NCBI GenBank assembly: GCA_963821825.1 | Contig: CAWGFD010000002.1 | Location: forward strand, 798,734 to 862,733 | Direction: 5' to 3' | Source: an uncultured Actinomycetota bacterium | GTDB lineage: Bacteria; Actinomycetota; Actinomycetes; Actinomycetales; Kineosporiaceae | DNA: 64,000 nucleotides | Shown here: positions 23,871 to 33,297 of the stretch, in pieces | Layout of the letters: each line of letters opens with the position of its first letter | Numbering within the stretch: the stretch's first letter is position 1 | Notes under the pieces: generated by a model | What the model saw: the letters and a program-made list of their open reading frames with translations, nothing else | Database searches by the model: none | What the model was told of the DNA's origin: nothing | Program-made: the position numbers and the translations under genes

Positions 23871-24518
23871 CTAGGGGGCGACCACCACCGCCACCCAGTA
23901 CACGTTGGCGACCTTGAGGCATTCGTACCGCAGCGGGTCCCACCAGCGGTAGGTGTAGTCGCAGTTGGTCACCATGTCGCTCCACAGCCGGTTGTCGCAG
24001 GTGAACTTGCTGGTGCTGCCGGCGTAGCACTGGTCGTGCCGGGCGCACGGGCCGCGGAAGTCGGCGTCCGGGCCGGGCACGTAGAACCAGTCCGGGGCGT
24101 AGCTGCAGTAGTCGTGCAGGGTGCCCAGGCGGGGGTCGTAGACGTAGTTCGCCGGGATGCTCACGAACTCGCCGGCGCCGCCCAGCGGCCGGACGCCCGG
24201 CCCGGTGCCGTGCCGCGGCACGGCGAGCGGAGCCCTGGTGCCGGGGACGGCGTCCACCGGGGCGCCGGGTGGGGCGTCGGCCAGCTCCTGCGCGAGCAGC
24301 CGGGCGGCCCGGCCCCGCGCCGCGGCCAGCCGGGCCGGTGACGCGGCCGGCCGGGCCGGTGACGCGGCGGGCCGCACGCCGTCCGGCGCCGGGACGGACG
24401 CCGCGGCCGGGGCAGCCTGCGCACCGAGGCCGAGGGCCAGGGTCAGCGCCGCAGCGAGCCCGACGCCGGCCGCCAGGAGCGAGCCGGGCCTGGCCCGGAG
24501 TGGACGACGGGTGCTCAT
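23871..24518 (-). CDS. Secreted prokaryotic-type phospholipase A2
   Basis: Signal peptide MSTRRPLRARPGSLLAAGVGLAAALTLALGLGAQA. Catalytic block DYCSYAPDWF...GPCARHDQCY resembles the Streptomyces PLA2 CxxAPD...CARHDFGY His-Asp motif. Multiple Cys pairs. Confidence 0.75.
   Translation of the reverse strand: MSTRRPLRARPGSLLAAGVGLAAALTLALGLGAQAAPAAASVPAPDGVRPAASPARPAASPARLAAARGRAARLLAQELADAPPGAPVDAVPGTRAPLAVPRHGTGPGVRPLGGAGEFVSIPANYVYDPRLGTLHDYCSYAPDWFYVPGPDADFRGPCARHDQCYAGSTSKFTCDNRLWSDMVTNCDYTYRWWDPLRYECLKVANVYWVAVVVAP
24331..24372. repeat. 21-bp in-frame direct duplication encoding RPAASPA-RPAASPA in the PLA2 pro-region
   Basis: cgggccggtgacgcggccggc followed by cgggccggtgacgcggcgggc. Confidence 0.8.
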
Positions 24519-24575
24519 CTGGTCCTCCGCGGACGGTGCCCGCGTCCTCGCCGGCGACTGACCGCAGGTAACCGG

Positions 24576-24609
24576 GTCGGCACCCGCCGTGTCAACGGCG
24601 GGTGCCGAC
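24576..24609 (-). terminator. Perfect 14-bp-stem hairpin 12 nt downstream of the MFS stop (likely terminator of the marR-MFS operon)
   Basis: gtcggcacccgccg-tgtcaa-cggcgggtgccgac. Only a weak U-tract follows, as is common in high-GC actinobacteria. Confidence 0.5.
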
Positions 24610-24620
24610 CACGAGCAGTC

Positions 24621-26021
24621 TCAGCTCCGGGTGCCTGCGGGGTCGAACACCTCGTCCGGGTCTGTGGTGTCCCCGCCGCCGAAGGACTCCATGCCCTCGG
24701 CCGCCTCCAGCTCCTCCCGCCGGCGCTCGGCCGCCGCGGTCCGGGCCGCCGGGGTGTCGCTCCCGGCCGGGGCGGCCGGCTCGCCGTGACCGTGTCCAGC
24801 CATCCGGGCGTCCGCGTCGGCCAGGATCCGGTGCCCGGTGGCGAACACGACCAGGGCGAGCAGCACCGCGCCCGCCCCCGCGTAGAACGGGATGGCGTCG
24901 TTGAACCGCTCGGCGAGCTTGCCGGCCACCCAGGGGGCCAGGCCGCCGCCGATGAACCGGACGAACCCGTAGGTGGCCGAGGCGGTCGGCCGTTCCACCG
25001 GCGAGACCATCATCACCGCCTGGGTGACCAGGGTGTTGTTGATGCCCAGGAACGCCCCGGCGACGATCACGGCGACGATCACGGTGGTCGGGGAGGCGTG
25101 GCCGAAGCCGATCACGGCCAGGTCGAGGGCGAGCAGGACGAAGTTGACGTACAGGGTGCGTGAGGTGCCGAACCGGTTCTGCAGCCGGGGCGCGGCGAAC
25201 ACCGAGAACGCGGCGACCAGCAGGCCCCAGCCGAAGAAGACGAAGCCGAGGTGGATCGCGTCCAGCTCCATCAGGTACGGCGAGTAGGCCAGCAGGGTGA
25301 AGAAGCCCCAGTTGTAGAGCAGGCCGGTGATGCCCATGGTGGCCAGCCCGCGGTGCCGCAGCGCCTTGATCGGCGCGGAGATCGGGGTGTGCTGGGTGGG
25401 GCGCGGGGTGGCCGGCAGCAGGAACACGGTGGCCAGCAGCGCGATCGTCATCAGCGCCGAGACGCCGAAGAACGGCCCGCGCCAGCTCACGTTGCCGAGC
25501 AGGCCACCGACCAGCGGGCCGCTGGCGATACCCACGCCGAGCGCCGTCTCGTACAGGATGATCGCACCGCCGAACCCGCCGGAGGAGGAGGCCACGATCA
25601 CGGCCAGCGAGGTGGCGATGAACAGGGCGTTGCCCAGGCCCCAGCCGGCCCGGAAGCCGACGATCTGACCGATCGTGCCTGAGCTGCCGGCCAGCAGGGA
25701 GAACACCACGATGATGGCCAGGCCGGTGAGCAGGGTGCGCTTGGCGCCGAGCCGGCTGGAGACCCAGCCGGTGATCAGCATGGCCACGGCGGTCACCACG
25801 AGGTAGCTGGTGAACAGCAGGGAGACCTGGGCGCGGGTGGCCTGCAGCTGCTGGGCCAGCACCGGCAGGATCGGGTCGACCAGGCCGATGCCCATGAACG
25901 AGACCACGCAGGCGAAGGCGACCGCCCAGACGGCACGCGGCTGGCGGAAGGGGCTGGGGCCCTTCTCGACGACGGCCCGGTGGGCGGGCGCGCGTCCGGC
26001 CCGGTGGGTTGCTGCGGACAT
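24621..26021 (-). CDS. MFS transporter (drug-efflux type, 12 TM) with charged C-terminal tail
   Basis: 466 aa. Motif A-like GWVSSRLGAKRTLL. 22 nt downstream of a MarR gene on the same strand. Confidence 0.85.
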   Translation of the reverse strand: MSAATHRAGRAPAHRAVVEKGPSPFRQPRAVWAVAFACVVSFMGIGLVDPILPVLAQQLQATRAQVSLLFTSYLVVTAVAMLITGWVSSRLGAKRTLLTGLAIIVVFSLLAGSSGTIGQIVGFRAGWGLGNALFIATSLAVIVASSSGGFGGAIILYETALGVGIASGPLVGGLLGNVSWRGPFFGVSALMTIALLATVFLLPATPRPTQHTPISAPIKALRHRGLATMGITGLLYNWGFFTLLAYSPYLMELDAIHLGFVFFGWGLLVAAFSVFAAPRLQNRFGTSRTLYVNFVLLALDLAVIGFGHASPTTVIVAVIVAGAFLGINNTLVTQAVMMVSPVERPTASATYGFVRFIGGGLAPWVAGKLAERFNDAIPFYAGAGAVLLALVVFATGHRILADADARMAGHGHGEPAAPAGSDTPAARTAAAERRREELEAAEGMESFGGGDTTDPDEVFDPAGTRS

Positions 26022-26043
26022 CCTCGGTGCTCTCCTCGTGGGG

Positions 26044-26523
26044 TCAGCGGGTGCTTGTGGTGCGGGAGGTGGGTAGCGGGGGCCGGGCCGGCGCGGTCAG
26101 CCGGTCCAGCGCGGGCAGGGCGGCGAGCAGGGCGGCCTGGTCGGCCGCCGGCAGCTCGCTGAGCTGGCCGGCCAGGGCGGTGGCGCGCTGGCGGCGGCGG
26201 CGGTCGATGAAGTCGTGACCGGTGGCGGTGATCACCGCCAGCGCCGCCCGCCCGTCGCTGGGGTCGGGCTGACGCTGGACCAGGCCCATCCCCTCCAGCC
26301 GGTTGACCAGCCCGGTCATCGCCGGCTGCGTCACGCCCTCGTGACGGGCCAGGTCGCTGATCCGGACCGGCCCGTCGACGGCCAGCCGGGCCAGCGTGGT
26401 GAGCGCGGTCATGCTCAGCTCCGAGGGCGGGCTCTGCCGCCGGACCCAGGACATCACCCGGTCCAGGGCGGTCGCCAGCTCCGTCAGCTCACTCGCCGCG
26501 GGGGCGAGGGGAGAAGCGCTCAC
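26044..26523 (-). CDS. MarR-family transcriptional regulator
   Basis: Winged-helix core LTTLARLAVDGPVRISDLARHEGVTQPAMTGLVNRLEGMGLVQRQPDPSDGRAALAVIT. Confidence 0.9.
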   Translation of the reverse strand: MSASPLAPAASELTELATALDRVMSWVRRQSPPSELSMTALTTLARLAVDGPVRISDLARHEGVTQPAMTGLVNRLEGMGLVQRQPDPSDGRAALAVITATGHDFIDRRRRQRATALAGQLSELPAADQAALLAALPALDRLTAPARPPLPTSRTTSTR

Positions 26524-26530
26524 CCGGCAG

Positions 26531-26551
26531 TTATATCAACCATCTATATAA
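26531..26551. promoter_or_regulatory. AT-rich palindrome TTATAT-N9-ATATAA, candidate MarR operator or promoter element
   Basis: The only AT-rich patch in the 132-bp divergent marR/putA intergenic region. Begins 8 nt upstream of the marR start. Confidence 0.4.
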
Positions 26552-26655
26552 GTCGCCAATGCATCTCAGTGGCTTCCCCCCTGGTCGGCCGAATTGGCGT
26601 TTTCGATCGCCCGTCTGGGGTCGATTCGGCAAGACGGCGGCGGTTCACTGGGGGG

Positions 26656-29600
26656 GTGAGCACCCACACCGCCCGACCCGGCAACGAACCCGTGCGAACC
26701 GGCCGCCCCACCGACGGTGACCCGGTGGAGGTGCTCAGCCTGGACCCCGGCAGCCAGGACGCCGCCCGCCGGGCCTGCGCCCTGGCGGAGCGGATGCTGG
26801 CCCGCAGCAAGGAGCTGGAGAAGCGGCGCGACCAGAAGCTGCACGAGCGGCTGGGCAGCATGCTCGAGGACGAGTCGGGCAAGGCCTCCATGCTGGTGCT
26901 GATCGACGAGGTGCTGCGCATCCACGACCCGGCCCGCGCTGCCCGGCGGCTGCGCGAGCTGCTCGCGGAGCAGGGCGCGCCGTCCTTCCTCGGCACCGTG
27001 GACCGGGCGGCCTTCTCGGTGGGTGCCCGCAGCGCCACCCGGGCCCCCAAGCTGGTCCTGCCGCTGGTCCTGGAGCGGGTCCGGCGCGAGGCCGGCGGGT
27101 CGATCCTGCCGGCGGAGGACCCGGCGTTCGGCCGGCTGCTGCGGCGCCGGGCCGCCCAGGGCGTGCGGATGAACGTCAACGTGCTCGGTGAGGCGGTGCT
27201 CGGCGACGAGGAGGCGGCCCACCGGGTGGAGCAGGTGCTGGCCCGGGTCCGCCGCCCGGACGTGGACTACATCTCGGTCAAGGCGTCGGCGATCTGCGCC
27301 CACCTGACCTCGATCGCCTTCGAGACGTCCGTGCAGCGGGTGGCCAAGCCGCTGCGCCGGATCTACCGGGAGGCGATGGCCGCCCGGCCGGCGGTCTTCG
27401 TCAACCTCGACATGGAGGAGTACGACGACCTCGAGCTGACCACCGCGGTGTTCATGCGGGTGCTGTCCGAACCGGAGTTCACCGGCCTGGACGCCGGCAT
27501 CGTGCTCCAGGCCTACCTGCCCGACTCCTCGGCGGCGCTGCTGCGTCTGTGCGAGTGGGCCCGGGAGCGCCGGGACGGTGGGGGCGGCAGCATCAAGGTC
27601 CGGATCGTCAAGGGTGCCAACCTGGCCATGGAGGCCGTCGAGGCCGAGGTGGCGGGCTGGCCGCAGGCGCCGTTCGGCACCAAGACCGAGGTCGACGCGC
27701 ACTACAAGCACATGCTGGACCTGGCCCTGGACGAGCGCTGGAGCGGGGCGGTCCGGCTCGGGGTGGCCAGCCACAACCTGTTCGACATCGCCTGGGCGCT
27801 GACCGTGGCCGCCGACCGCCGGATGAGCGAGCGGATCGAGATCGAGATGCTGGAGGGGATGGCCCCGGCCCAGGCCCAGGCCGTCAAGGAGGAGGCCGGC
27901 GGGCTGCTGCTCTACGCCCCGATCGCCGCCCGCGACGACTTCGAGTCCGCGATCGCCTACCTGGTCCGCCGGCTGGACGAGAACACCCAGCCGGACAACT
28001 TCCTGCGCTCGCTGTTCTCCCTCGAGCCGGGCTCACCGACCTTCGAGGCCGAGCGCGCCCGCTTCCTGCAGGCGGTCGCGGCGCGCTCGGAGCTGGACAC
28101 CCACCCGCGGCGCGACCAGGACCGCAGCCGGCCGCAGCCGGCCGGCGACCCCGACGCCGCCTTCGTCAACGAGCCGGACACCGACTTCTCCTCCGCCGCC
28201 AACCGGCGCTGGCTGGCCGATGCGATCGAGAGCTATCGATCTCACCCGGCCACGGTGGTGGAGGCGACGGTGGCCGGGCAGGAGCTGGCCGAGCCGTTGA
28301 CCGGCTCCGGGATCGACCCGAACCACCCCGAACGGGAGGCCTACCGGTACGTGCGTGCCGACCGCGAGCTGGTCGAGCGCGCGGTCGGGGCCGCTCGTAC
28401 CGCCCAGCAGGAGTGGGCGGCCCGACCGATGCAGGAACGTCGATCGATCCTGAACCGGGTCGCCGACGTGATGGCCGCCCACCGCGGGGAGACCATCGCC
28501 GTGATGATGCACGACGCCGGCAAGGTCGTCGGGCAGGCCGACCCAGAGGTCTCCGAGGCGATCGACTTCGCCCGGTACTACGCCGCCGGCACCCGGACCC
28601 TGGAGACGCTCCTCGGGCAGGACCTGGACTTCGAGCCGCTCGGCGTCGTCGTGGTCGCCTCGCCGTGGAACTTCCCGTACGCCATCCCGGCCGGCGGGGT
28701 TCTGGCCTCGCTGGCCGCCGGCAACTCGGTGATCCTCAAGCCGGCGCCGGAGACGGTGCTGACCGCCTCGCTGATCGCGCGCTACTGCTACGAGGCGGGC
28801 GTGCCGCGGGACGTCCTGCAGTTCCTGCCCACCCCCGACGACGAGGTCGGCCAGCGGCTGATCACCCACGAGGACGTCGGTGGCGTGATCCTGACCGGTG
28901 CGTTCGAGACCGCTGAGCTGTTCACCGGGTGGAAGCCCGAGCTCCGGCTGCACGCCGAGACCAGCGGCAAGAACGCGCTGGTCGTCACCGCCACCGCGGA
29001 CATGGACCTGGCCATCGCCGACCTGGTCTCCTCGGCCTTCGGGCACGGCGGGCAGAAGTGCTCGGCCGCGAGCCTGGGCATCCTGGAGGCCTCGGTGTAC
29101 GACGACCCCGCCTTCCGGCGCCGGCTCGCCGACGCCGTCACCACCCTGCGGGTCGGGGTGACCACCGACCTGGCCACCGACGTCGGCCCGCTGATCAACC
29201 CGCCGTCCGGCCCGCTGGCCGACGCCCTGACCCGGCTGCAGCCCGGCGAGCAGTGGCTGGTCGAGCCCCAGCAGGTGGGCGACAATCCCCACCTGTGGTC
29301 ACCCGGGGTGAAGCTGGGTGTGCGGCCCGGCAGCCCGTTCCACCTCACCGAGTGCTTCGGCCCGGTCCTGGGGCTGATGCGGGCGGAGTCCCTGGACCAG
29401 GCGCTGAACTGGCAGAACGCCGTCGCCTACGGCCTGACCGGGGGCATCCACGCCCTCGACCCGGCCGAGATCCGGCACTGGAGCGAGCGGGTCGAGGTGG
29501 GCAACGCCTACATCAACCGGCACACCACGGGGGCGGTCGTGCAGCGCCAGCCGTTCGGCGGCTGGAAGCGCTCGTCGGTGGGCCCGACGGTCAAGGCCGG

Positions 29601-30135
29601 TGGCCCCAACTACGTGCTGTCCCTGGGCCGCTGGACCGACCGCGGGATGGTCGACGTCTCCCACCTGCACGCCTCGCTGAGCCGGGCCTGGGCGCAGGAG
29701 TTCGGGGTGGAGCACGACCCGACCGGGCTGGCGGCCGAGCGCAACCTGTTCCGCTACCGGCCGCTGCCGGCCGCGCTGCTGCGGGTCGGTGAGCTGGTGC
29801 CCGGCGAGGCGGTGGCCAACGCCCTGGCCGCCGCGGACCGGGCGGGCGTGGCCGTCCAGGTGTCCACCCCGGTGCACCGGGATGACCTGCCGGCCACCCG
29901 GCTGGTGGTGGAGACCGACGCCGCGCTGGCCGGTCGGCTGGCCCGCAGCCGGGCGGCCCGGATCCGGGTGCTCGGCGCGGTCGACCCGCAGCTGCGGACC
30001 GCCGCCATGGCGGTCGGCATGCCGCTGGACGACTCCCCGGTGGTCAGCCACGGCCGGGTCGAGGGCCTGCGCTGGCTGCGCGAGCAGGCGGTCAGCATCA
30101 CCAACCACCGGCACGGGACGATCATGACGGCGTGA
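26656..30135 (+). CDS. putA: Bifunctional proline dehydrogenase / L-glutamate-gamma-semialdehyde dehydrogenase
   Basis: About 1159 aa from GTG at 26656. PRODH barrel segments (VNVLGEAV, IVLQAYLPDS, VRIVKGAN). ALDH domain (AETSGKNALVV, catalytic GHGGQKCSAAS, FGGWKRSSVG). The track ORF start at 26215 is antisense to marR and is rejected. Confidence 0.9.
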   Translation: MSTHTARPGNEPVRTGRPTDGDPVEVLSLDPGSQDAARRACALAERMLARSKELEKRRDQKLHERLGSMLEDESGKASMLVLIDEVLRIHDPARAARRLRELLAEQGAPSFLGTVDRAAFSVGARSATRAPKLVLPLVLERVRREAGGSILPAEDPAFGRLLRRRAAQGVRMNVNVLGEAVLGDEEAAHRVEQVLARVRRPDVDYISVKASAICAHLTSIAFETSVQRVAKPLRRIYREAMAARPAVFVNLDMEEYDDLELTTAVFMRVLSEPEFTGLDAGIVLQAYLPDSSAALLRLCEWARERRDGGGGSIKVRIVKGANLAMEAVEAEVAGWPQAPFGTKTEVDAHYKHMLDLALDERWSGAVRLGVASHNLFDIAWALTVAADRRMSERIEIEMLEGMAPAQAQAVKEEAGGLLLYAPIAARDDFESAIAYLVRRLDENTQPDNFLRSLFSLEPGSPTFEAERARFLQAVAARSELDTHPRRDQDRSRPQPAGDPDAAFVNEPDTDFSSAANRRWLADAIESYRSHPATVVEATVAGQELAEPLTGSGIDPNHPEREAYRYVRADRELVERAVGAARTAQQEWAARPMQERRSILNRVADVMAAHRGETIAVMMHDAGKVVGQADPEVSEAIDFARYYAAGTRTLETLLGQDLDFEPLGVVVVASPWNFPYAIPAGGVLASLAAGNSVILKPAPETVLTASLIARYCYEAGVPRDVLQFLPTPDDEVGQRLITHEDVGGVILTGAFETAELFTGWKPELRLHAETSGKNALVVTATADMDLAIADLVSSAFGHGGQKCSAASLGILEASVYDDPAFRRRLADAVTTLRVGVTTDLATDVGPLINPPSGPLADALTRLQPGEQWLVEPQQVGDNPHLWSPGVKLGVRPGSPFHLTECFGPVLGLMRAESLDQALNWQNAVAYGLTGGIHALDPAEIRHWSERVEVGNAYINRHTTGAVVQRQPFGGWKRSSVGPTVKAGGPNYVLSLGRWTDRGMVDVSHLHASLSRAWAQEFGVEHDPTGLAAERNLFRYRPLPAALLRVGELVPGEAVANALAAADRAGVAVQVSTPVHRDDLPATRLVVETDAALAGRLARSRAARIRVLGAVDPQLRTAAMAVGMPLDDSPVVSHGRVEGLRWLREQAVSITNHRHGTIMTA

Positions 30136-30455
30136 CCCGCCGAACCGGAAGGCCGGGCAGGTCGCCGGCGATGGCCCGCAGCGCGCCGAGGTGCCGGTGG
30201 TAGGCACGCTCGCCCCCCGGGTCAGCTGCAACCAGGTCCGGGGACGGCGGCCGACCTTTCCCTTGTGCACCTCGACGTAGCCGGCCGCCTCGAGCAGGGC
30301 CACCTGCTTGGACAGCCCGAGTCGCTGACCTCGACACTGTCCCGGACCAGGCCGAACTCGGCGCGCTCGACCCCCGACAGCGCGGCGACCACGGAGAACC
30401 GGACGGCGAGCGCGAGCAGGTCGTCCAGCTCGTGCCGGGGATGGCGCCCGTTCAC
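30122..30455 (-). pseudogene. Frameshifted winged-helix (HTH_34/MarR-like) transcriptional regulator
   Basis: One protein is readable across three frames: VNGRHPRHELDDLLALAVRFSVVAALSGVERAEFGLVRDSVEVSDSG / LSKQVALLEAAGYVEVHKGKVGRRPRTWLQLT / PGGERAYHRHLGALRAIAGDLPGL. The frame changes lie near 30316-30322 and in the CCCCCCGGG run at 30213-30221. Each is consistent with a 1-nt deletion. Confidence 0.7.
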
Positions 30456-30658
30456 CGTCGGGTGCGGACGGCACCGACCGCCAGCGGGGCAGCCACCAGC
30501 AGGGCTCCCGGCAGCCAGTAGCCGAGGTCCCCGCTCCGGCCGGGCGTGCCCACCGCCAGGACCACGACGTACAGGGCGCAGGTGCCGAACCACCATGGCA
30601 GCAGCTCCCGGGTGGCACGTTTGGCGTTGGCCGGGCGTCGCTGCGACCAGATCACCAT
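30452..30658 (-). CDS. Small two-TM membrane protein (hypothetical), GTGA-coupled to the frameshifted regulator
   Basis: MVIWSQRRPANAKRATRELLPWWFGTCALYVVVLAVG...LPGALLVAAPLAVGAV. Its stop overlaps the GTG at 30455. Confidence 0.35.
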   Translation of the reverse strand: MVIWSQRRPANAKRATRELLPWWFGTCALYVVVLAVGTPGRSGDLGYWLPGALLVAAPLAVGAVRTRR

Positions 30659-30763
30659 CGTGGGCAGGTGCTGAGCCAACGGGCCTGGCGGTGAGGTTGT
30701 CGTCCATGCCCAAACGGATGGCCCCAACTTTCCCATTCGGGAAGTACCTTCCAGAACCCGTTC

Positions 30764-31192
30764 TCAGGGGTCGAAGCGGCCCTGGCGGCCGCGCTTGGTG
30801 TCCGAGCGGCGCTTCTTCTGCGCCAGCCGGCGCTCGGTGGACCCCCGGGTGGGGCGGGTCGCCCGTCGTCGGGGCGCAGGAGGGGCGGTCGCCGCGCGCA
30901 GCAGGTCGGCCATCCGTTCCCGGGCGGCGCGGCGGTTGGCCAGCTGGGTGCGGTGCTCGCTGGCGGCCACCGTCAGCACCCCGTCGACCAGACGGGTGGC
31001 CAGCCGCTGGAGCACGCGAGCGCGCGCGCTGTCGGTCAGGACGGCCGAGCCCCGGACGTCGAAGGACAGCTCCACCCGGCTGTCCGCGGTGTTCACGCCC
31101 TGCCCGCCGGGGCCGGAGGAGCGGGAGAACCGCTCGGTCAGCTCGGCCGCTGGGATCACCAGCGACCGGCTCACCTGCAGGTCCTCGGCCAC
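30764..31192 (-). CDS. arfB: Alternative ribosome-rescue factor ArfB (class I release-factor-like peptidyl-tRNA hydrolase)
   Basis: GGQ motif SSGPGGQGVNT. Basic C-terminal tail RRATRPTRGSTERRLAQKKRRSDTKRGRQ, as in E. coli ArfB/YaeJ. Start GTG at 31192 (142 aa); alternative GTG at 31240. Confidence 0.85.
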   Translation of the reverse strand: MAEDLQVSRSLVIPAAELTERFSRSSGPGGQGVNTADSRVELSFDVRGSAVLTDSARARVLQRLATRLVDGVLTVAASEHRTQLANRRAARERMADLLRAATAPPAPRRRATRPTRGSTERRLAQKKRRSDTKRGRQGRFDP

Positions 31193-31320
31193 CGCACCAG
31201 TGTCCCCGCGCCGTGCGATGGCGCGCACGGAGCGGACCACGAGGTATCAGAGCGGCCGCCCCCGTGCTCCGGGTGAGTGCCGCCGCATCCGGGGGCGACC
31301 GACCACCGTGGGAAAGCGTC

Positions 31321-31947
31321 ATGCCAGCGCACGAGAGCCTGCTGCTCCTGGGGGTGCTCACGTTCGGCATGCTCGTGGTGCCGGGACCGTCGGTGGTCTT
31401 CGCCGCCAGCCGGGCCTACCAGCACGGGGCGCGGGTCGGGCTGGTCGCCGTCCTGGGGCTGGAGACCGGGCTGGCGCTGCATGTGCTGGCCGCAGCGGCC
31501 GGGGTCTCCCAGCTGTTGGTCGCGGTGCCCGCCGGTCTGCGTCTGCTCCAGCTGGCCGGCGCGGGATACCTGGTCTGGCTCGGGCTGGTCCAGCTGCGGC
31601 GGGCGGCACCGGCCCGACCGTTCACCCAGGCCGGGGTGGCGACCGCCCCGCCGTTGCGCAAGGTGTTCCTCGACGGACTCATGGTCGACCTGCTGAACCC
31701 CAAGACTGTGCTGTTCGTCCTGGCTCTGCTGCCCCAGTTCGTGCGGCCCGACGGGGGCACGGTGGCGGTCCAGATGCTGCTGCTCGGCCTCGGGGTCGTC
31801 CTCCTGGCCTTCGCCTGCGACGGCGCGTACGCCCTGCTGGCCGGCCGGCTCGGTGGCCGCACCCTCCCGGCAGGGTGCTCGCTCCTGGCCTCGCGGGGGA
31901 CCGGCGTCGCATTCCTGCTGCTGGCCGTGATGGTGGGCCTGGGCTGA
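31321..31947 (+). CDS. LysE/RhtB-family amino acid exporter
   Basis: ATG at 31321. LLLLGVLTFGMLVVPGPSVVF and LNPKTVLFVLALLPQF are hallmark LysE segments. 208 aa. Confidence 0.85.
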   Translation: MPAHESLLLLGVLTFGMLVVPGPSVVFAASRAYQHGARVGLVAVLGLETGLALHVLAAAAGVSQLLVAVPAGLRLLQLAGAGYLVWLGLVQLRRAAPARPFTQAGVATAPPLRKVFLDGLMVDLLNPKTVLFVLALLPQFVRPDGGTVAVQMLLLGLGVVLLAFACDGAYALLAGRLGGRTLPAGCSLLASRGTGVAFLLLAVMVGLG

Positions 31948-31974
31948 GCTCGGCAGCCCGATTACGGTCAGCCC

Positions 31975-33168
31975 ATGACCTCGAACTTCGGTGACCTGCA
32001 GACCGAGATCTACCTGGCCGGGCTGTCCGGGGTGCAGCCTGCGCTGCCGATGTCCTTCTCCGAGCTGGAACGCCGGGCCGAGCTGGCGATGCCGCCCGGG
32101 GTCTGGTCCTATGTCGCCGGCGGGGCCGGGGACGAGCACACCCAGCGCAGCAACCGGTCGGCCTTCGACCACTGGGGCCTGGTGCCGAGGATGCTGCGGG
32201 CCAGCGCCCAGCGCGACCTTTCCGTCGAGCTGTTCGGGGTGCACCTGCCCAGCCCGCTGTTCCTGGCCCCGATCGGGGTGATCGGGATCTGCACCCAGGA
32301 CGGTCACGGCGACCTGGCGACCGCCCGGGCCTGCGCCGCGACCGGCGCGCCGATGGTGGCCTCCACCCTGGCCGAGGACCCGCTGGAGGACGTCGCCGCA
32401 GAGCTGGGCGCCACCCCGGGCCTGTTCCAGCTGTACTGCCCGACCGACCCCGAGCTGGCGGCCAGCCTGGTCGCGCGCGCCGAGGCGGCCGGCTACCGGG
32501 GGATCGTCGTGACCCTGGACACCTGGGTCACCGGCTGGCGGCCGCGGGACCTGGCCACCGCCAACTTCCCGCAGCTGCGCGGCCGCTGCCTGCGCAACTA
32601 CCTGTCCGACCCGGTCTTCCGCAGCCGGCTGGCCGCGCCGCCCGAGCAGGACCCGCGGGCCGCCGTGCTGACCTGGGCGCGGCTGTTCGGCCGGCCGCTG
32701 GTCTGGGCCGACCTGGCCTGGCTGCGCTCGCTGACCACGCTGCCGATCGTGCTGAAGGGCATCTGCCACCCCGACGACGCCCGCCGGGCCGTGGACGAGG
32801 GGATGGACGGGGTCTACGTCTCCACCCACGGCGGCCGGCAGGCCAACGGCGGCCTGGCCGCGATCGACTGCCTCCCCGAGGTGGCCGCGGCCGTGCCGGG
32901 CGTGCCGGTGCTGTTCGACTCCGGCGTGCGGTCCGGCTCCGACGTGGTCAAGGCGCTCGCGCTGGGCGCCACCGCGGTCGGGATCGGCCGGCCCTACGCC
33001 TACGGCGCGGCGCTCGGCGGGACCGCGGGCATCGTGCACGTGCTGCGCACCGTCCTGGCCGAGGCCGACCTGCTGATGGCCGTCGACGGCTACCCCACGA
33101 TCGCCGACCTGGACCGCCAGGCCGTCCGGGCGACCTGCGAGCACGCCGGTCGTCCGGTCCCGGGCTGA
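31975..33168 (+). CDS. FMN-dependent alpha-hydroxy-acid oxidase family, lactate 2-monooxygenase-like
   Basis: Collinear with Mycobacterium smegmatis lactate monooxygenase as I recall it. Shared segments include [51 protein letters not shown] and [14 protein letters not shown]. Confidence 0.85.
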   Translation: MTSNFGDLQTEIYLAGLSGVQPALPMSFSELERRAELAMPPGVWSYVAGGAGDEHTQRSNRSAFDHWGLVPRMLRASAQRDLSVELFGVHLPSPLFLAPIGVIGICTQDGHGDLATARACAATGAPMVASTLAEDPLEDVAAELGATPGLFQLYCPTDPELAASLVARAEAAGYRGIVVTLDTWVTGWRPRDLATANFPQLRGRCLRNYLSDPVFRSRLAAPPEQDPRAAVLTWARLFGRPLVWADLAWLRSLTTLPIVLKGICHPDDARRAVDEGMDGVYVSTHGGRQANGGLAAIDCLPEVAAAVPGVPVLFDSGVRSGSDVVKALALGATAVGIGRPYAYGAALGGTAGIVHVLRTVLAEADLLMAVDGYPTIADLDRQAVRATCEHAGRPVPG

Positions 33169-33297
33169 GCGCCACCTGAGGCCTCGGTGGACAGCGGGTG
33201 ACGAGCAGGCAGCGGTTCGCCCACGCCACATGAACTGTCGTCGTTCGCCCCCGGAAGGGTTTGGCCCAGAGGCGATCTGCAGGTCAGGGTGGGATTC

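Noticed and set aside
26215-26655. N-terminal extension of the putA ORF
   Set aside because: It overlaps the MarR gene in antisense and the AT-rich intergenic region. PRODH-related sequence begins only after GTG at 26656.
30122-30455. Programmed ribosomal frameshifting in the winged-helix regulator
   Set aside because: Two separate shifts would be needed. There is no slippery heptamer or downstream structure. One site is a simple homopolymer run, so decay or sequencing error is more parsimonious.
31171-33231. 686-aa minus-strand ORF
   Set aside because: It is antisense to the LysE exporter and lactate-monooxygenase-like genes, both of which have strong family motifs. Its composition is shadow-ORF-like.
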